Shown here one piece after another: positions 63,501-64,000 of a stretch of 64,000 nt of DNA. The DNA lies in contig JAPYYK010000155.1 of assembly GCA_028534125.1 (NCBI GenBank), forward strand, positions 372,001-436,000. Reading direction: 5' to 3'. Below the pieces are notes generated by a model. It was given only the letters and a program-made list of their open reading frames with translations, was not told the DNA's origin and ran no database searches. The translations under genes and the position numbers were made by a program. The stretch is from Lama glama. Its lineage: Eukaryota. Positions within the stretch are counted from its first letter, which is position 1; every line of letters begins with the position of its first letter.

Positions 63501-64000
63501 TTGCTGTTTTTTTATTACAGATTTTTTAATACCAGGGTGGCACAGGCAGAGAGAGGTCTGGAGACGGCATCTGAGAGCCTGACTACCATCACTTGTGCTG
63601 CATATTGTAATGCCCACTTTGCATAGAGAGCTGGATTGGATATACTTTAAGGGCCCTCTTAAGATTCTTAAGTCTAAGAATTTGTGACCATCATGCCTGT
63701 CAAGCCAACATTTGTTTAATTTGTTTACATAGAGACACAGATAAATTCAGCAATCACTATGGTAGTCATTAGGTCAGAGGCTACACATATTTATATTTTA
63801 ATAACATTTTTCAACCATACTCTCTATTCACTGTGCCCTTTTAAAAATGGAATAAATTATTTAAAAAAAAAACTTAGGGCTCTAGCATTCTGAAACCTGG
63901 GACAGTGAGATGACTGCTGAAGTTTTTATCGATTTTATTTTCAACTGTATACACATCGGGTTTTGTTTGGAAGTTAGTGATTGTCAATCAATGTTTTTTC

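Larger units (their letters stand above)
2477..64000 (+). other. ST6GALNAC5: ST6GALNAC5 intron 2 (very long; runs past the window end)
   Basis: GT donor after exon 2. No downstream exon encoding the expected PLKMHC.../sialylmotif L sequence was seen in the ORF track or the sequence. Confidence 0.85.

Noticed and set aside
1-64000. CRISPR arrays, tRNA/rRNA genes, prokaryotic operons or defence systems, processed pseudogenes
   Set aside because: No regularly spaced repeats, cloverleaf/rRNA motifs or recognisable retrocopy seen; the sequence is a mammalian gene 5' end plus intron.

Overview
Mammalian genomic DNA, probably an artiodactyl. The evidence is cetartiodactyl-type L1 3' ends and a Tigger1-derived MITE, and I saw no BovB/Bov-tA/PRE-1/Alu/B1 SINEs, so a camelid is a plausible but unproven guess. 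The window holds the 5' end of the sialyltransferase gene ST6GALNAC5 on the + strand: a CpG-island promoter (~1.1-3.0 kb), a 15-nt first coding segment (1425-1439, MKTLM), exon 2 (2255-2476; transmembrane anchor, Q4 tract, stem), and then ~61.5 kb of intron 2. No catalytic (sialylmotif) exon is in the window. The intron is filled with ordinary old repeats (L1M, L2, MIR, an MLT1 solo LTR, a Tigger1 MITE, microsatellites), and there are seven N gaps. Repeat family names are from recalled consensus motifs and their boundaries are approximate. Most tracked ORFs are spurious. I found no convincing new multi-gene system. The most unusual items are: (1) a ~360-bp, TSD-flanked 'mini-L1' in which an L1 5' end is fused directly to an L1 3' end (candidate spliced or bipartite non-autonomous element); (2) a perfect-Kozak uORF in frame with the ST6GALNAC5 start and separated from it by a single TGA; (3) a 3'-truncated L1 with a ~30-bp TSD suggesting internal priming; (4) an L1 with a short 3' transduction; (5) a candidate truncating alternative last exon; (6) a perfect 54-bp palindrome.
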